A stretch of 63,828 bases of DNA, the filler included, from Vannella sp. (taxonomy: Eukaryota), in assembly GCA_023345925.1 (NCBI GenBank). It is 7 parts of 7 records of this genome, joined end to end, with 100 filler letters (N's around TTAATTAATTAA, not from the genome) between each part and the next. Parts side by side here need not be neighbours in the genome. Positions count along the whole stretch, not along the records: positions 21,582 to 29,893 come from JAJQQN010000568.1; positions 29,994 to 45,909 come from JAJQQN010001431.1; 5 more parts are not named here. One strand, 5' to 3'. Position numbers and translations under genes: made by a program. Position 1 is the stretch's first letter. Every line of letters starts with the position of its first letter. Of this stretch, positions 24,155-35,844 are shown piece by piece. Below the pieces are notes generated by a model. The model searched no databases. It had not been told where the DNA came from and saw nothing but the letters and a program-made list of their open reading frames with translations.

Positions 24155-27100
24155 TCACTTGCGCCGAGAGTTTTGGATCTATCTCATGTGAATACGAAAC
24201 TAGATGTGAAGATGGTGAACTTACGCGTTTCCCATTTGGAGGGGAGGATACTTCAGGTCGTTCTTTTCGCTTCTTTCCGACGGGAGGAGTCGCGACCTTC
24301 TTTGTAGGCGGCTTCTCTTTCTTGACTTCTTCTTTCTCGATGTACCCAATCAGAACATCTACCCGATCTCCAATCTCTTCTGGTTGGCGGGACTTGAGGA
24401 ACCAGTTGTAGCGGAACTGCACATCATCGCGGATAGCGCCTTTGACGAGGTCCCACTGGCCATATCCGAGTTGGTGGGTCTTGATGAGGATGAAGCGGTC
24501 TTCCTCGGGAGTGAAAGTGGAGTTCTTCTTTGGATAGGTAATGGTCAGCTGAGACTCTGGCTTGGCGTGTTTGTTGACTCTGCGCTTCAAAATTTGAATC
24601 ATTTCGGCAGTTCTCATCAGCCTCTTTTCTCCTCTTTCAATCGCAGTGACGATTCGGCTACCATCTGGAAGCTTCTTAATCCTTTTCCAGAACGTATCCG
24701 CGTACTCTGTGACCTCTTCCAGAGTCTTGCTGCCAATCAAATCAGTAATTTGGTCCAGTTCGTCTCTTCCGAATAGTTCAGAACCATGGCAGAACTGATT
24801 GAACTCTTTCTTTGTCCAAGTTCCGAAGCCTGAAGCAATCAAACGATCCTTTTCCTTCAGTTGCTTGTCAGATAGACCCTTAATTGCAGCCATCTCTGCC
24901 TCATCTTCAGCGTCGTCCTCTTCGTCAGAAGATTCTTCGTCCTCTTCTCCTTCTCTTCCTTCTGCTAATCGGGCAGCTTCCCGAACTGCTGCACGAGCAG
25001 CGGATCGTTCATCCTTTTTTGCTTGCTGTTGCTCAGCAAGTGCGCATTGCTTCTTCCAAATGTCAAGCTCCTTCTGCAAGAGAGGCTTCAGCTTTTCTGG
25101 ATAGAACTGGAAATCCTGGATCTGAGGCTGTTTGGGAGCAGGAATAATGTTCTTCTTCCTCATTCGCCGCTTGCGGTGACCAAATACCCCTCCGTAGTAC
25201 TCGTCCTCAGTGTAACTAGCCATTGAATTAGCACCACCGGACTCGCGAGAAAGAACTTACTTTTGTCGCTTCTGACGTTGGGGCAGTTTGACGAAAACTT
25301 GAGCCTTAGCAGCAGCTGCAGCTGCCTTGAGAGGATCGGACCCTTTCTTTTTCTGGTAGTCGACTCCCATAAACTCGTAGATGTTGACATCTCCGAGGTT
25401 ATCCTCCAAGGAGAAATTGAGCAAGTTGTTGGTAATGTTCTTCTGCAGCTTCGCTTGGCTCTCTTCAGTTCGGGCTTCACCTTGTTGGAGAATCAGGTCA
25501 ATATCAGCATCAGTGACGCCCCCTTCTTCTGCTTGGAAGACTTGATCAGCACCAAATGTGATCATTCCCCTGAGCTCTTGCTTGGAGAGTGCTTTGTTGT
25601 TATCTGCTAAGCGCCCTTCCTGGATAACCAAAGCATCCAAGTAGAGCTTGGCCTCCGCACGCTCAACTACCTTCTCTTCCACTGTGTTTTGTGTGACGAA
25701 GCGGTAGACGTTAACAGGCTTTGTTTGGCCAATGCGATGGGCTCGGTCTTGAGCTTGCAAATCCATTTGAGGATTCCAGTCCGAGTCGAAGAGAATGACC
25801 GTATCGGCAGTAGCAAGGTTGATTCCGAGACCTCCTGCGCGAGTGGACAGCAAGAAGATGAACAGAGGAGAGTTAGGTGCATTGTAACGTTCGATTGCAT
25901 CCTCTCTGTCAGCTCCATCAGTGGACCCATCAATGCGGCAGTACTGGTAGTCGCGGTAGTACAAATAATCCTCCAGAATGTCCAGCACACGAGTCATCTG
26001 AGAGAAGAGAAGGACGCGGGAGCCAAGTTCCTGAAGCCGAGGCAATAAACGATCAAGTAGGATCATCTTTCCACTACTCTGCACTATATGAGGCCCTAAG
26101 GTAAAAGGGGGACCTGGCTCAGCTCCTTGGAACAAGTAGGGATGATTGCAGCACTTTCTCAACTGCATGAGAATGTTCAGTAATCGCACTCTGGAATCAC
26201 CCTTCGTTCCACCATTGACAACGTCAATGTTCTTCGAGAGGATGTTGGTGTACCATTCCCGTTGGGTAGGAGTCAGTCCAATGTAGAGTTTTGTCTCCTT
26301 CTTCGGTGGGAGAGACTTCTCCACTTCAGACTTGAGCCTTCTCAACAGGAACGGCTTCAACACTTTGTGGAGCTTCTCAGCCATAGCCTCATTTTGAGAG
26401 GCTTCAGAGACGGAGAACCATTCATCGAAGTTTTCTGAAGAGTTGAAGACTTCTGGCAAGAGGAAGTTCAAGAGAGCCCAAAGCTCGTGCAAATTGTTCT
26501 GAAGGAGGCGTGAGAAGACCCAAAGGAGAGACAAGGGAGATCATCTTACCTGAAGCGGCGTGCCAGTCACAAGAAGGCGATGGTTGGAGCTGTACATTCG
26601 GACCACGCGGGATAGAATAGAGTTCTCGTTCTTGATGCGATGCGCTTCGTCGATGATGAGGTAGCGCCAAGAGTACTTCTTCAATGCAGCCTTCTCAATG
26701 ATAGCCATCTCGTAGGTTGTTATGAGAGCGTCGAAGTTGCTGGCAAAGAGAGCCTCTCGCTGATCCGCGCGTTCGCTCTTGCTCCCATGCAGCACAAAGG
26801 CGTTCAGAGAAGGGCACCAGCGGTGAAACTCCTTGGCCCAGTTCGCCAAGGTCGACTTTGGCACAATAACAAGATGTGGGCCGCTGGTATGACGGACGTT
26901 CTTCAAGTATCCCAGTAGGGAGATCGTTTGAAGGGTCTTACCAAGTCCCATCTCGTCTGCAAGAATGCCGTTAATGCCGTGATCGTGAAGCTGGATCAAC
27001 CAGTTGAGGCCTTGCAGCTGGTAGCTTCGCATCGTGCCTCCTGTGATGACTAGAGATCGAAACAGTTAGCGCGTTAGCAATAGAAAGGTGGTTGGAGAGG

Positions 27101-27684
27101 CACAGACAAGCTGGGGATACCGTGACTTGAGCCGCTGGGGTTTCGTCAAGAGCTTGAGCCACGAGCACCTTGTCCTCTGCTTCTTCTGCCTTCTTCGATC
27201 TTCTACCCTTCCTTTGGCCATCTGTGAGTGATTGTCTCGGCAACTGATCGCCGGAATGCTCCCTGAAGAGGCACAGGAAGATAGGAGGGGCTTCACGCAC
27301 TTGCCAGGGGTTGCAACATCAGTAGTAGGCTCCATAAAATGTCGAAAAATCTCTGTCTGCTGTAGTAGGAACTGAAAGCGGTCCTGCATCGAGGCAGACT
27401 ACAAGGAGCACATCACCGAGTAAGTACACAGAGGAAGTGCGTGGGTGATCGGCACATGCCTTCTCTTTCTCCAGATCAAGGTTCTGCTTCTCACGAAGCT
27501 CAGCGAGCTTCTGCTTTTGCATTTGCTTCACCCGCGCCACAGAAGGCTCGAGCTCAGACGGAGTTGCCGCTTCCTCCTCCACACCAGCTTCCGTATCATC
27601 ACCAATCAACACCTCATCCTCTTTCTCTATGTGTTCAGCCGATCCGCTCGTCTCCAACACGCCCAACACGTCGGTCGGAGCCAT
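24155..27684 (-). CDS. SMARCA5: ISWI-family chromatin-remodelling ATPase (SNF2 helicase + HAND-SANT-SLIDE); multi-exon
   Basis: [109 protein letters not shown]. Confidence 0.95.
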
Positions 27685-27926
27685 CCCAAAATGAGTAACG
27701 GCTCAGAAAACTCAATCGGATCTGCTCTCAAGCCTACTTTTCTTCACGGTTATTACACCACAATTTCAATAGCTGTCTTTGGGAATGGTCCTCTTTCTAT
27801 CCGTTGGTTTTTTGGCAAAAAATTCCAGGAACCCCAATTTCCATGATTATATTATTACGACATTATGATAGTTTCCCTTTTCTTCTTGACCAAGTCCCCT
27901 TTCAACTGCCATTGTTTTAACTCCAC

Positions 27927-29009
27927 ATGCCAGTGGAGGACTTCACCATTGCTCATGACGATCCTGAGCGATCGGAGAAGGTGGGGGAGGCGCTGAGAGA
28001 GTTCGGGGTTGCGGTCATAACTGGCGTCTTCTCGCCTGAGCGGTGTAATGAGGAGGTCGCTCGGACAATCAAGCAATTCCAGGCCATTTGCCCTGCCCTG
28101 AAGGTAGAAAGTGTCAAAGACATCCAGGACACGTGGAAGAGAGGGAACTTGATGCCTCAAACTCGACCAGGACTGTTCCAAGCTGGATGCGCTTCGATAT
28201 CCTGGCCCATTCGCTCTTCGTTGGAGATCATTGGCATCTTTCAACAAGCCTACACTCGTCTCCGCGGTGAAGACGTCATCGAACTCGTCTCTTCTCTTGA
28301 TGCCATTCATGTTCGTCCTCCGATCAAACCGTTTGCTTCTCCCAAGACCCCAGATTGGGCCCATTTTGACCAAACTCTCTCGGAGAACGTCTTCGAGTGC
28401 GTTCAGGGTCAGGTTGTGCTCACCAACACAACCGGGTCATTCTGTTGCAGTCCCAAAAGCCATTTAGTGTTTGCTGAGTTCCTCAAGAAGCACAAGAAAT
28501 TGGGATCCCCCGCCGACTGGTTCATGCTTCCGGGGCCTTTGTACGAGGGATTGAAGCAGACAATCCAAGATGTTGGCGGGGAATGGCAGATTCCAGTGGT
28601 GGCCCCTCAGGGGAGCGTCATTTTGTGGCTCTCTTCCACTCTTCATAGTGCCGTTGCGATTGATAAGAAATCAGCCATCAAGAAAGTGGATCCCACTGAC
28701 CCTTGGAATCAATGGCGATGCACGTTTTACGTTTGCCATCGCCCGAAGAAGGAAGTCCTTCCTGAACACTTGGAACGCTTGCAAGAAGCTTTCAAATTCA
28801 ACCGAACAACCAACCATTGGGGAACAAAGCTGTTCCCGACCTCTCTGCCCAACCGTTTTATGGTTCCCTCGCACTACGACCAAAACATTCAAGAGTACAT
28901 CAAACAGCCCAAGCTCATCTTAGACCTGGAAGGTTTTGAGAAGCCCGAGGAGACTAAATGGGTCCACCGCCTTCTTGGCAGAGGAGACTGGGATAAGCCA
29001 GATTCCTAA
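27927..29009 (+). CDS. PhyH-like Fe(II)/2-oxoglutarate dioxygenase-fold protein, single exon
   Basis: LREFGVAVITGV, DWAHFDQT (HxD), VQGQVVL, PKSH, GSVILWLSSTLHSA, R-x-x-x-YVC, NRTTNHWG. Confidence 0.7.
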   Translation: MPVEDFTIAHDDPERSEKVGEALREFGVAVITGVFSPERCNEEVARTIKQFQAICPALKVESVKDIQDTWKRGNLMPQTRPGLFQAGCASISWPIRSSLEIIGIFQQAYTRLRGEDVIELVSSLDAIHVRPPIKPFASPKTPDWAHFDQTLSENVFECVQGQVVLTNTTGSFCCSPKSHLVFAEFLKKHKKLGSPADWFMLPGPLYEGLKQTIQDVGGEWQIPVVAPQGSVILWLSSTLHSAVAIDKKSAIKKVDPTDPWNQWRCTFYVCHRPKKEVLPEHLERLQEAFKFNRTTNHWGTKLFPTSLPNRFMVPSHYDQNIQEYIKQPKLILDLEGFEKPEETKWVHRLLGRGDWDKPDS

Positions 29010-29108
29010 GGCTCCTTCAGCACAAGCTGCAGAATTTCCTGACTATTCCATAAACTGCTAAAGCTATCGCAGATCAAAAACATTGATCGTCGAGGTTCCA
29101 ATGAGGGA

Positions 29109-29893
29109 TTAGGGATTCATTGGGGGAGGCGGAGTTTGTCTCAGGACAGCCAACCGCTTAAGATCCTCTTTGAAGTGGATGATAAAGAGAAGGCCGATGG
29201 CGAGACAGAGAGTTAGAACAGCACTGGCCCACCGAGCTTTGTTGAGATGAATCAAATCGTCCATAATCAAAATCACAATAATTCCCACCAACTGGCCAGC
29301 GCTCATCAATACTCCAGAGGGGGTTGCCTCACTTAAAGGATAGGTTATTTCTGCACCAAGCTCTAATGCAAGCGGAAGAACAGGAGTTGTGAAGAACCCA
29401 ATGGCAGCCATCATGGAGAAGAGTTCCCAGAATCTGTTTGCTGAGAGATACCAAGTGAATAGCGCCAAGACAGTGGTTGACAATGTTAATGAAGTCACCA
29501 TTGCCCACTTGAAACAATGGTACTTATCAACAATAACTCCAGCTATCCCCGAACCGACTAATCCACAAATGATAATTGTCGCTCCCATCGCCCCACTTTG
29601 GTTCTACTTGGAATGAGTTTGTGTCCTTCCAGACGTCAGATGCTCACATTGTCGTATCCAAAAGGCAGGAGTATTTGAGTCAATAATGTGGCAAGTGCGT
29701 TAAACGCACCAAGGCCAAACCCGAAGGAAATAGTCAAAATGCAGAAATTGAAGTTGGAGAAGACGGCTTTCAAAGTGGCTAGAATGGACTCTTGGCGGTT
29801 CTCAGCACTAGATGAGATCGATGCTGGTGTAGGAGACTTCTCCCGCATGAAGATAACCGTGAAAATGGCGACAACAGTCACCAAAGCGGCCTT
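29109..29893 (-). CDS. MFS transporter, FLVCR/SLC49-like, C-terminal part (truncated by gap)
   Basis: REKSPTPASISS, GAFNALATLLTQIL, PVLPLALELGAEITYPLSEATPSG. Confidence 0.85.
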
Positions 29894-29993
29894 NNNNNNN
29901 NNNNNNNNNNNNNNNNNNNNNNNNNNNNNNNNNNNNNTTAATTAATTAANNNNNNNNNNNNNNNNNNNNNNNNNNNNNNNNNNNNNNNNNNNN
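29894..29993. other. Artificial contig-join spacer
   Basis: N44-TTAATTAATTAA-N44. Confidence 0.97.
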
Positions 29994-30102
29994 AGAGGCA
30001 CTTTTCAACCAGGGCCTGCGGACGTGGTTTAGTGCGGCCTGAACTCTCTCTCTCGCCTGGCTTCAACTATCCCTGCCCCAATGGCCAATTTGAAGCAAGA
30101 TT

Positions 30103-31287
30103 ATGGGTGCGGCCTATTTGTTGATGGCGGGACCGCTCGTTTGGGACGTGAAGACGAAGCTGGGAGTGAGCGGGACGGTTTTGTTCTTGGTGTTGCTGTT
30201 TCTGCAGTCCACTGCCTTTCAGTCCACTTCGCTTGGGACGGAACTTTTGAGTGTGACACGTTTGGAAGAGCTGGCAGGGAGGACACAGCTGCAGGTGATC
30301 AGGGAAGACATCGCAGCAATCTCTGTCGTTCGGGTTCCCAATACGCCTTCACACCTTCGCGTACAGCAGTATATAACACGCGAGATCAAACAACACACTC
30401 AGTGGAAGCTGGAGACCCATCGCTTCGCGGATAACACTCCTTTGGGACCAAATGAGTTCACAAACATCATCGCCACTTGGTCTCCTCTCGCCAAGACGAG
30501 TCCTCGCTTCTCCCAACCAGAGAACGAACGACGTGTTATCCTAGCTGCACACTACGACAGCAAAACCTTCGACTTTGAGTTCGTGGCAGCTACAGACTCG
30601 GGTGTGGCGTGTTCTCTCCTGTTGGACCTCATTCGGACGCTTGAAGAGGAGACGAAGCGCTTCTCTACTCACCGTTCAGCCAAGGTGAACAGTCAGCTCT
30701 CCCTACAAGTGATCTTCTTCGATGGTGAGGAGGCTTATAAGGACTGGACGGATACAGACTCGCTGTATGGCTCACGTGCCCTCGCTCAGAAGTGGAAAGA
30801 AGCAGATCACGCCTTTTCTACCTCTCAAAAGGAGGGCCAGACTCTCTCTGGCGAAGACAAGGCCAAAAGGAGGTCATCAGGCATCAACAACATCGAAGTG
30901 TTCATCCTTTTGGACCTGATCGGTGCTAAAGACCCCATCCCACAGTTCTACTCATACTTCAGTAACACCAATGTTGTGTTCCAGCAGCTCTCCTTGCTCG
31001 AGAAGCGCCTCGTCCAAGAGCAGCTTTACGACACAAGCAACATACCACAAGCGCGAAGGAGCAATCCTTACCTCTCCCCTTCCACTGTACCTCGCCCGTA
31101 TCAGGTATCAGACGATCATCTCCCCTTCCTCCGCCAGGGTGTTCCCGTCGTCCATTTGATCCCGTATGGATTCCCCAAGGTCTGGCACAAGGCGGGTGAC
31201 AACCTTCGCGCTGTGGACGAGGTCCAAGTGCGTAACTGGTCCACTCTCCTTCGAGTGTGGGTGGCGGAGTACTTCAACTTCGAATAA
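30103..31287 (+). CDS. QPCT: Glutaminyl-peptide cyclotransferase (M28 family)
   Basis: N-terminal hydrophobic segment; ILAAHYDSK, AATDSGVAC, FFDGEEA...DSLYGSRALA, LLDLIG, SDDHLPFL, PKVWH. Confidence 0.92.
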   Translation: MGAAYLLMAGPLVWDVKTKLGVSGTVLFLVLLFLQSTAFQSTSLGTELLSVTRLEELAGRTQLQVIREDIAAISVVRVPNTPSHLRVQQYITREIKQHTQWKLETHRFADNTPLGPNEFTNIIATWSPLAKTSPRFSQPENERRVILAAHYDSKTFDFEFVAATDSGVACSLLLDLIRTLEEETKRFSTHRSAKVNSQLSLQVIFFDGEEAYKDWTDTDSLYGSRALAQKWKEADHAFSTSQKEGQTLSGEDKAKRRSSGINNIEVFILLDLIGAKDPIPQFYSYFSNTNVVFQQLSLLEKRLVQEQLYDTSNIPQARRSNPYLSPSTVPRPYQVSDDHLPFLRQGVPVVHLIPYGFPKVWHKAGDNLRAVDEVQVRNWSTLLRVWVAEYFNFE

Positions 31288-31349
31288 AAGGCGGCCACCA
31301 ACCGCCAGCATTCAGCAGGAGAGTATGAAGAGGACTTCATTGTTAACCC

Positions 31350-31603
31350 TTATCGAGCTTCATAGGAAGATACTGCAAGACCGTGAGGAGATGGGTGAGG
31401 GAAGAAGAGGGCGACAAGTACCTCCATCAGGGTTTCGCTTCTTGTAGAGAATGAAGTTGGAGCAATGGTTGCATCGCCACTCTATAGGCTGGCCATTCAC
31501 AGCGAACCTTACGTCCTTCTCACAGCCTATCCAAATGAGAAGCTTCTCTTCCCCATCGCCACCACGCACCTCCGCAAGTGTATGTCACGTACTGGGTGTC
31601 CAT
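31350..31603 (-). CDS. RPB12: RNA polymerase I/II/III common subunit RPB12 (53 aa, 3 exons; not annotated as such by the ORF track)
   Basis: Exons 31603-31570, 31526-31422, 31372-31350 splice to MDTQYVTYTCGGCEKDVRFAVNGQPIEWRCNHCSNFILYKKRNPDGVSSYEAR: YxCxxC...RCxxCxxxILYKKR...EAR zinc ribbon. Confidence 0.85.
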
Positions 31604-31908
31604 CAAAAAATAGAGCTTCCATCATGATCCTGGGCATTCGAACCTGCACCCGACTGAGTCTTTTCCTTGTATCAAGAGAAGACGACATCCTCCCATCCCG
31701 TCTCCTTCGCCTGTTAACCCACACGTACAGAAGAAGGAGAATACCGCAGGTTGCACGGCCCTTCGTGTACGAGCGTGAAGTCAAAGCGCTTCGGGTTGAG
31801 TGAAAGGAGAAAGGTCGTTGAACGTGTGAGTCGCGGAAACTGGCTGCTGCTAAGGGCGATGCCTGCCTTGAGAAGAAGAGCGGGTATCTCGTAGCTTTAT
31901 CAAAGTAC

Positions 31909-32343
31909 TTACAAGACCAACATGACAAACCCAGCTGTGGCAAGAGAAAGGGAAACGAGGGCTCCGTCGCTGTTGCTGTTGCCGTTGTCGTTGTCGTTGT
32001 TGTTGGAAGAGATACCATTGGCGACAGCAATCAAAGAGGTTACGCCATCTCCAATGTCAACACAGGCTCCATCAAAGCGAATGGAGACGGCAGAAGCGTG
32101 GACTTCACAGGCGTTCTGGTAGGTGATACCATCACATCCACATGTTGCAGAGAAGTCAGTAGAGCACCCCTCTTCGATAGGTTTGCAGTAACCAGAGAAG
32201 GAATCACACTCTTTGTAGTCATACGCGCAGAACTCCCCTTTGGTGCAATCATCATCCGAAGCGCAGTTAGGCCTCATGTAGGCAATCGAAAAGACCCCTA
32301 CAAACAGCAGGGAGAGAACAAGAACTCTTGCGAGAGCGTACAT
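31909..32343 (-). CDS. Small secreted, probably GPI-anchored Kazal-type domain protein, single exon
   Basis: Signal peptide; CASDDDCTKGEFC...C...GYC; Kazal CSTDFSATCGCDGITYQNAC...DGAC; N/D-rich spacer and hydrophobic C-terminus. Confidence 0.8.
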   Translation of the reverse strand: MYALARVLVLSLLFVGVFSIAYMRPNCASDDDCTKGEFCAYDYKECDSFSGYCKPIEEGCSTDFSATCGCDGITYQNACEVHASAVSIRFDGACVDIGDGVTSLIAVANGISSNNNDNDNGNSNSDGALVSLSLATAGFVMLVL

Positions 32344-32483
32344 TGAGGAAGGAGGCGAAAGAAGTGAAAACGCTCCATCAAGCGGTGATTGGCTGGACCC
32401 ATATTGACCGAACGAACCCGAAATGTTGAGCTTTATCCATTCTCGCTTGACTTGATCACTCAAACGCAGACAAACTGAACGAA

Positions 32484-33692
32484 TCAAGAGAAGAGGCGAA
32501 GTCGCTGGGCAAAGGCTTTGCAGGAGAGGACTCCAGCAGGGTCGAAAGATAAGCAATCGGAACATTGTCGGACCATCTTAGCATCTTGGGTTTCTAAGCA
32601 AAGGTTGGTGGTGAATCGACCATTAACTAGGGGTTGTGTTTGCTGTTCTGCGGAAGAGAGAGAATGAAAGAGAATAGGAGTGTAGATGCCTTGACAATTA
32701 GGTTCAAGACAGTGCAATTCCTCAAGTTCACAATCAATCTGATGATGTCGCTGCCTCTCTGCGGGTCCTTCAAGGCGGCAACGCACACAAGAACAGCGAA
32801 AATAGTAGAAATCCCAAAGCTTGTCTTGTCTGGTTTGGTACTGATCCTTGAGATTGATGTAGGAAATCATCAACTCCGTCCCCTTCTTGATAGGATGAAG
32901 AGCTCTGATACTAATCGTTCCTCTCTGCGCTTCCGGAAAGCGAACGCAATTGGGATGGCAGGAATGGTTAAAATACGAACCCGAAGCGTAAATCAAACTT
33001 CCCAGACACTTTCCGTGCGGATTCCAAGCGCCAAAGCAGTTGCACTTGTAACTACAAAGCAGTCCTGCGGTCACCCTGGTGTTAATCAGTTGTTCCCACC
33101 AGAGCGGAGGTGCGTTGGGGGCAATGAGGAGGGCTTTGGTTACCATATTGACGATGTCTTGTGCGATAGTCTGGACTGCATTGGCTTCTTGAAGAGTGAA
33201 CTTGTCTTGGTTCCCCTCCAACTCGAAGATCTGACTGAAAGTGGGCGAGGTTGATGCTAGTTCGAGTCCTTTGTTGACGTTTCTGACATCTACACTGACT
33301 TGGTGTAGTTGAGGCATGGAAGACTCTCTTAAACCTCGACAAAGCAGGGAGATGATGACACGGACGTCGGATATCTCGTTGCTGCTGTACCGCCCCCGCT
33401 CTTTTGCTAGATGTTGAAGGGTTGCACACTCCCATCCTCCCTCCTCATGCGAGTACGCCATAGAGCATTGCCTTGAGCAAAAGAATACCTCCTTGCATCC
33501 CTTACAGCCCTCCTTGTACCGCTTGGGCGATTGCCTCCAACATGAAAGGCAAACAAAAGAGCGATAGTTATCACTTACCCCTTGACCGTACGGCTCCCCA
33601 CTCATCACCACCTCTCCAGCTTCTATATCCCTCCCAGCTACAACGTGACGCCCTTGTTCCACGGTCCAGAGCACCACCCCTGGCACCGCCAT
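32484..33692 (-). CDS. SMYD-type SET/MYND lysine methyltransferase
   Basis: GRHVVAGRDIEAGEVV, CLSC...CKGCKEVFFCSRQC (MYND), SYFNHSCHPNC, ELMISYI, post-SET YYFRCSCVRC. Confidence 0.9.
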   Translation of the reverse strand: MAVPGVVLWTVEQGRHVVAGRDIEAGEVVMSGEPYGQGVSDNYRSFVCLSCWRQSPKRYKEGCKGCKEVFFCSRQCSMAYSHEEGGWECATLQHLAKERGRYSSNEISDVRVIISLLCRGLRESSMPQLHQVSVDVRNVNKGLELASTSPTFSQIFELEGNQDKFTLQEANAVQTIAQDIVNMVTKALLIAPNAPPLWWEQLINTRVTAGLLCSYKCNCFGAWNPHGKCLGSLIYASGSYFNHSCHPNCVRFPEAQRGTISIRALHPIKKGTELMISYINLKDQYQTRQDKLWDFYYFRCSCVRCRLEGPAERQRHHQIDCELEELHCLEPNCQGIYTPILFHSLSSAEQQTQPLVNGRFTTNLCLETQDAKMVRQCSDCLSFDPAGVLSCKAFAQRLRLFS

Positions 33693-33879
33693 CCACAAAA
33701 GTGACTTTTTGCGTTTCGTTCCTTCTCTGTCACCAGGTACAGTTTCACTTTGTGCATATTGGATGGAACGTGAAGCTCCTGCTTACTCCCAGAGAGTTCT
33801 GAAGCAACTTAACGTAACCTCTTGTCATCGAAGAGTGTTGTTCCCTCCTGTTGATGTCCTTCCTGACTTGGAAGTCATG

Positions 33880-34298
33880 TGAATGTTACGGTTGGAGTGC
33901 TAAACTCGATATCAGAAGATCATTGAATGACCTTAACCACCTTACATCTCCAAGAAGGGTCTAGAGAGTGGCAAAAGTGTGTTCTTTAGAGCAAAAGGAG
34001 GTCATGAGTGGCGAGAAAAGCCGGATGTTCTGTAGACCGCAATAAGGTGTGATGCAGGTACCACCTCAGACTCTTCACTTGAGAAATCGGGGTGATCGAC
34101 TGTGGTGCTGGCCATGGTGGGGCTGGGTTGCTCTGAAGGACAAGAGGATGACGTTCTCTTGGCTGATCCTCGCCGGAAGACTCTCTTCAAAGAGCCGAGA
34201 AGTGTAATGTTGCCTGCCATAGCTCTGGCCTTATCAAGCGCCTGGGACAAATGATGCTCATGGGGCAACGACCTCCGCCCAGAGACTCCGAAACTCCA
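33880..34298 (-). CDS. Possible small hypothetical spliced protein; boundaries uncertain
   Basis: ATG 34298 with plausible GT-AG introns joining the ORF ARAMAGNITLLGSLKRVFRRG...; no family recognised. Confidence 0.25.
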
Positions 34299-34458
34299 TT
34301 AGGCCATATCTTTGTCCTTATTAAGCTCAGCCTGACGGAGGCCGGTTCCGCAGTACTCCGCTCTTTTCCAAACTCGGAACCCTCTTTTGTTTTGAGTGAA
34401 AGATAGCAATCCGGGAGGTTTAGGGGAGATTTAGGGTTGCTCTTCCTCCATTATTTCG

Positions 34459-35783
34459 ATGTTCTCTTCGTTGGTGAGACACCGTTCCGTTCTTTCGGTG
34501 ACCTCTCGTGGTATCCAGAACTTGGTGAGTCTTGAATAGGGTGCTTGGGGAAGGAAGAGGTTGACAGGGGAGTAGTTCCCTGTCAGTGTGGGGAACAATC
34601 GCTTCTTGGCGGACCCTCCCACTCTATCGATCATCGGTTCGCCTGTTTCAGCTGGCCAGGCCAAGTCTGGTACTGAGCTGGGACCAGCTGCTCTTCGTGG
34701 GACCAATCTAGTGGGCGAGATCATGAACACAGGCTGGAAAGTGGTCGACCAGGGAGACATTGAGTACCCCACCTTCGAGGAGGATCCTCCCAGCAAGTGG
34801 GGGATGCAACGTAGTCGACTCTGTGCTGCAGCCAACAAAGCATTGGCGGAGAAGATGTATCCAGCCCTGAAGAAGGGCCACTTCTGCCTCAATCTTGGAG
34901 GCGATCACAGCACAGCTGTGGGCTCTCTGGCCGCTGTATTGAAGGTGATAACAGTCACGCTGATTTGACTCATTTCTTACGCTACCTCCTGTCCCTCAGG
35001 CTCGTCCAGAGACCGTGGTTGTGTGGGTCGATGCTCACGCTGACATCAACACAGACAAGACCAGCCCCAGCGGCAACATCCATGGCATGCCTATCGCACT
35101 CTTGATGGGTTTGGTGAATGTGAGAGAGTTGCCCTCCTTCTCCGTGCGGCGCTGCTCACCGAAAAAAGCTGAGCGACGCTCCAGGGTGGGAATGGTTGAT
35201 GGAGTACCCACGTCTGCGGCCCAACAAGATAGTTTACATCGGCTTGCGTGATGTAGATCCAGGAGAGAAGCAAATCCTCTTCGAAAACGGCATCAAAGCC
35301 TACAACATGCACGATATTGACCGCGTTCGTGCTCCTTTCGCCTCTACAGTACCGGTATTCACTCGACTACCCCATTTAGTATAACATAGGACCTATCATG
35401 GACCGTGCTATGAATGATATCGACCCCTACGGCAACTCCCCCATCCACCTCTCCTTCGACATCGACTCCCTAGACCCTTCCATTGTACCAGCAACTGGCA
35501 CACCAGTGGTAGGTTCTCCTCCTCTTTGAACGCTCCTGAATACTCACAAGAGCAGATGGGAGGCCTCACCTTCCGCGAAGGAGCGTTCGTTTGCGAGTTT
35601 GTCGCAGAGACGCACCGTCTCGTCTCCATGGATCTGACAGAGGTCAACCCTAAGCTCGGTGACGAGCAGCAAGTCGCTCGAACGGTCGACATGGGAAGAC
35701 GCATGATCAACTGCGCTCTCGGGGAAACCCTTCTTTGGGGCACAGAGCAGCACTACCGCAAGTTCCTTCACTCCCCTATCTAA
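34459..35783 (+). CDS. ARG: Arginase with probable mitochondrial presequence; multi-exon
   Basis: [26 protein letters not shown]...[47 protein letters not shown]. Confidence 0.95.
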
Positions 35784-35844
35784 CAGAGAGGTCAATACAC
35801 CTTGGAACGACCTATTTGGACCATTTCCTGGTAGCCTGGCGGAG

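Noticed and set aside
31620..31800. Pol III B-box-like GGTTCGAATGCC (minus) and U3 box-B-like GAGCGTGAAG (plus)
   Set aside because: No cloverleaf or A box, and no U3 box A, C or D in the right arrangement.
30103..33692. Lack of introns as evidence for horizontal transfer
   Set aside because: Ordinary eukaryotic genes here (QPCT, SMYD) are also single-exon, so intron absence alone is uninformative.
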